Below, one piece after another: positions 27,932 through 28,473 of a stretch of 28,473 nt of DNA (position 1 is the first letter of the stretch; every line of letters begins with the position of its first letter). Both the position numbers and the translations under genes were made by a program. Source of the stretch: an uncultured Gammaproteobacteria bacterium. GTDB lineage: Bacteria > Pseudomonadota > Gammaproteobacteria > Xanthomonadales > SZUA-36. The DNA lies in NCBI GenBank assembly GCA_965363775.1, contig CBDTVF010000001.1, forward strand, positions 1 to 28,473, written 5' to 3'. The notes under the pieces were generated by a model. It made no database searches. It had not been told where the DNA came from and saw only the letters and a list, made by a program, of their open reading frames with translations.

Positions 27932-28094
27932 ATTCCGGCAGTTAATAAGGGATTGCAACACCAGAAGGCTTCTGGTGGTTTATCTGGTACGCTTCTGTAA
28001 AGCAGTTCAGGCTTGTGCCCCGTTCAATAACTGATTTCTTATGGGTTAAGCAATTCAAATTTCATATATACACAATACCCCGAATCTAGCGGAG

Positions 28095-28123
28095 AAAAGG
28101 CCCCTGCAATATTTTGCAGGGGC
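28095..28123 (-). terminator. Rho-independent terminator of the minus-strand gene at the window end
   Basis: Minus strand reads GCCCCTGCAA-aata-TTGCAGGGGC-CTTTT. Confidence 0.75.
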
Positions 28124-28208
28124 AAATACTCTCGTTGGTCTATCGTAGCTTCCGAGAAAATCGCAACGACTGTTGGGTTGTCGCGAAATCTCGTTCAGAA
28201 ACTATGTT

Positions 28209-28473
28209 CTATTTATAACTTCTATTTGACGTCCGGGTCTTTCCAGATCCACGCACAGGTTGCCTGGCATTAGATTCACATAATCCGGTGTCACCCATAA
28301 CTGGGACGCTGTCGAAAAAAGCAACTTCAGCATAATTGGAGTCAATAATTGAAACCGAAGCAGTCTGGCAACCTAATGAAATCTCCATTCCGAGACCAGT
28401 AAATGTAGGAAGCGTAATTGCAATGCTGCCTGTACCGCCGCCAGTGACTTGTAAGCCTGTACCGCCGCCAGTG
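28209..28473 (-). CDS. Hypothetical protein with TGGGTG repeats (5' end outside window)
   Basis: Open frame ...TGGGTGLQVTGGGTGSIAITLPTFTGLGMEISLGCQTASVSIIDSNYAEVAFFDSVPVMGDTGLCESNARQPVRGSGKTRTSNRSYK*, followed by a terminator. Confidence 0.7.
   Translation of the reverse strand, partial: TGGGTGLQVTGGGTGSIAITLPTFTGLGMEISLGCQTASVSIIDSNYAEVAFFDSVPVMGDTGLCESNARQPVRGSGKTRTSNRSYK
28428..28473. repeat. 27-bp-period tandem repeat (GCCTGTACCGCCGCCAGTG x2), cut by the window edge
   Basis: Identical 19-mers at 28428-28446 and 28455-28473. Confidence 0.9.

Noticed and set aside
27932..28094. tRNA, integration site or small ORF 27852-28034
   Set aside because: No cloverleaf or att-like repeat; the ORF overlaps hinT and has no recognisable features.
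28428..28473. Start of a CRISPR array
   Set aside because: The period is 27 bp with an 8-nt spacer and it is in frame with a coding sequence, so it is a coding tandem repeat.

Overview
Core-chromosome segment of a gammaproteobacterium. The gene order resembles Xanthomonadales/Wenzhouxiangella-type genomes, but that is inferred from recalled synteny only. No rRNA, tRNA, CRISPR array, transposase or phage gene was recognised. Left to right: gpmI (cut by the window edge, absent from the ORF track), rhodanese-secB-gpsA, trmL and a small secreted protein; a split class II (B12) ribonucleotide reductase nrdJa-nrdJb with a consensus sigma70 promoter and two NrdR boxes, followed directly by deoA-deoD-cdd-DUF2891; a universal stress protein with a perfect FNR box and DUF2238; a minus-strand block of a FimX-like gene, gluQ, accA, tilS, xseB, ispA and dxs; efp, an MTA/SAH deaminase-like gene, ubiG, a degenerate phytoene-synthase-like gene and GFA; FmdB, a YciK-like SDR, an Ada-like ogt, HIT; and the 3' end of an unknown protein with TGGGTG repeats. 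The most interesting observations are (1) the RNR joined to a deo cluster that lacks deoB and deoC, and (2) three tiny 'scar' ORFs located where deoB, epmB and gph would be expected. Two of these scars keep ATGA/GTGA overlaps with neighbouring genes.
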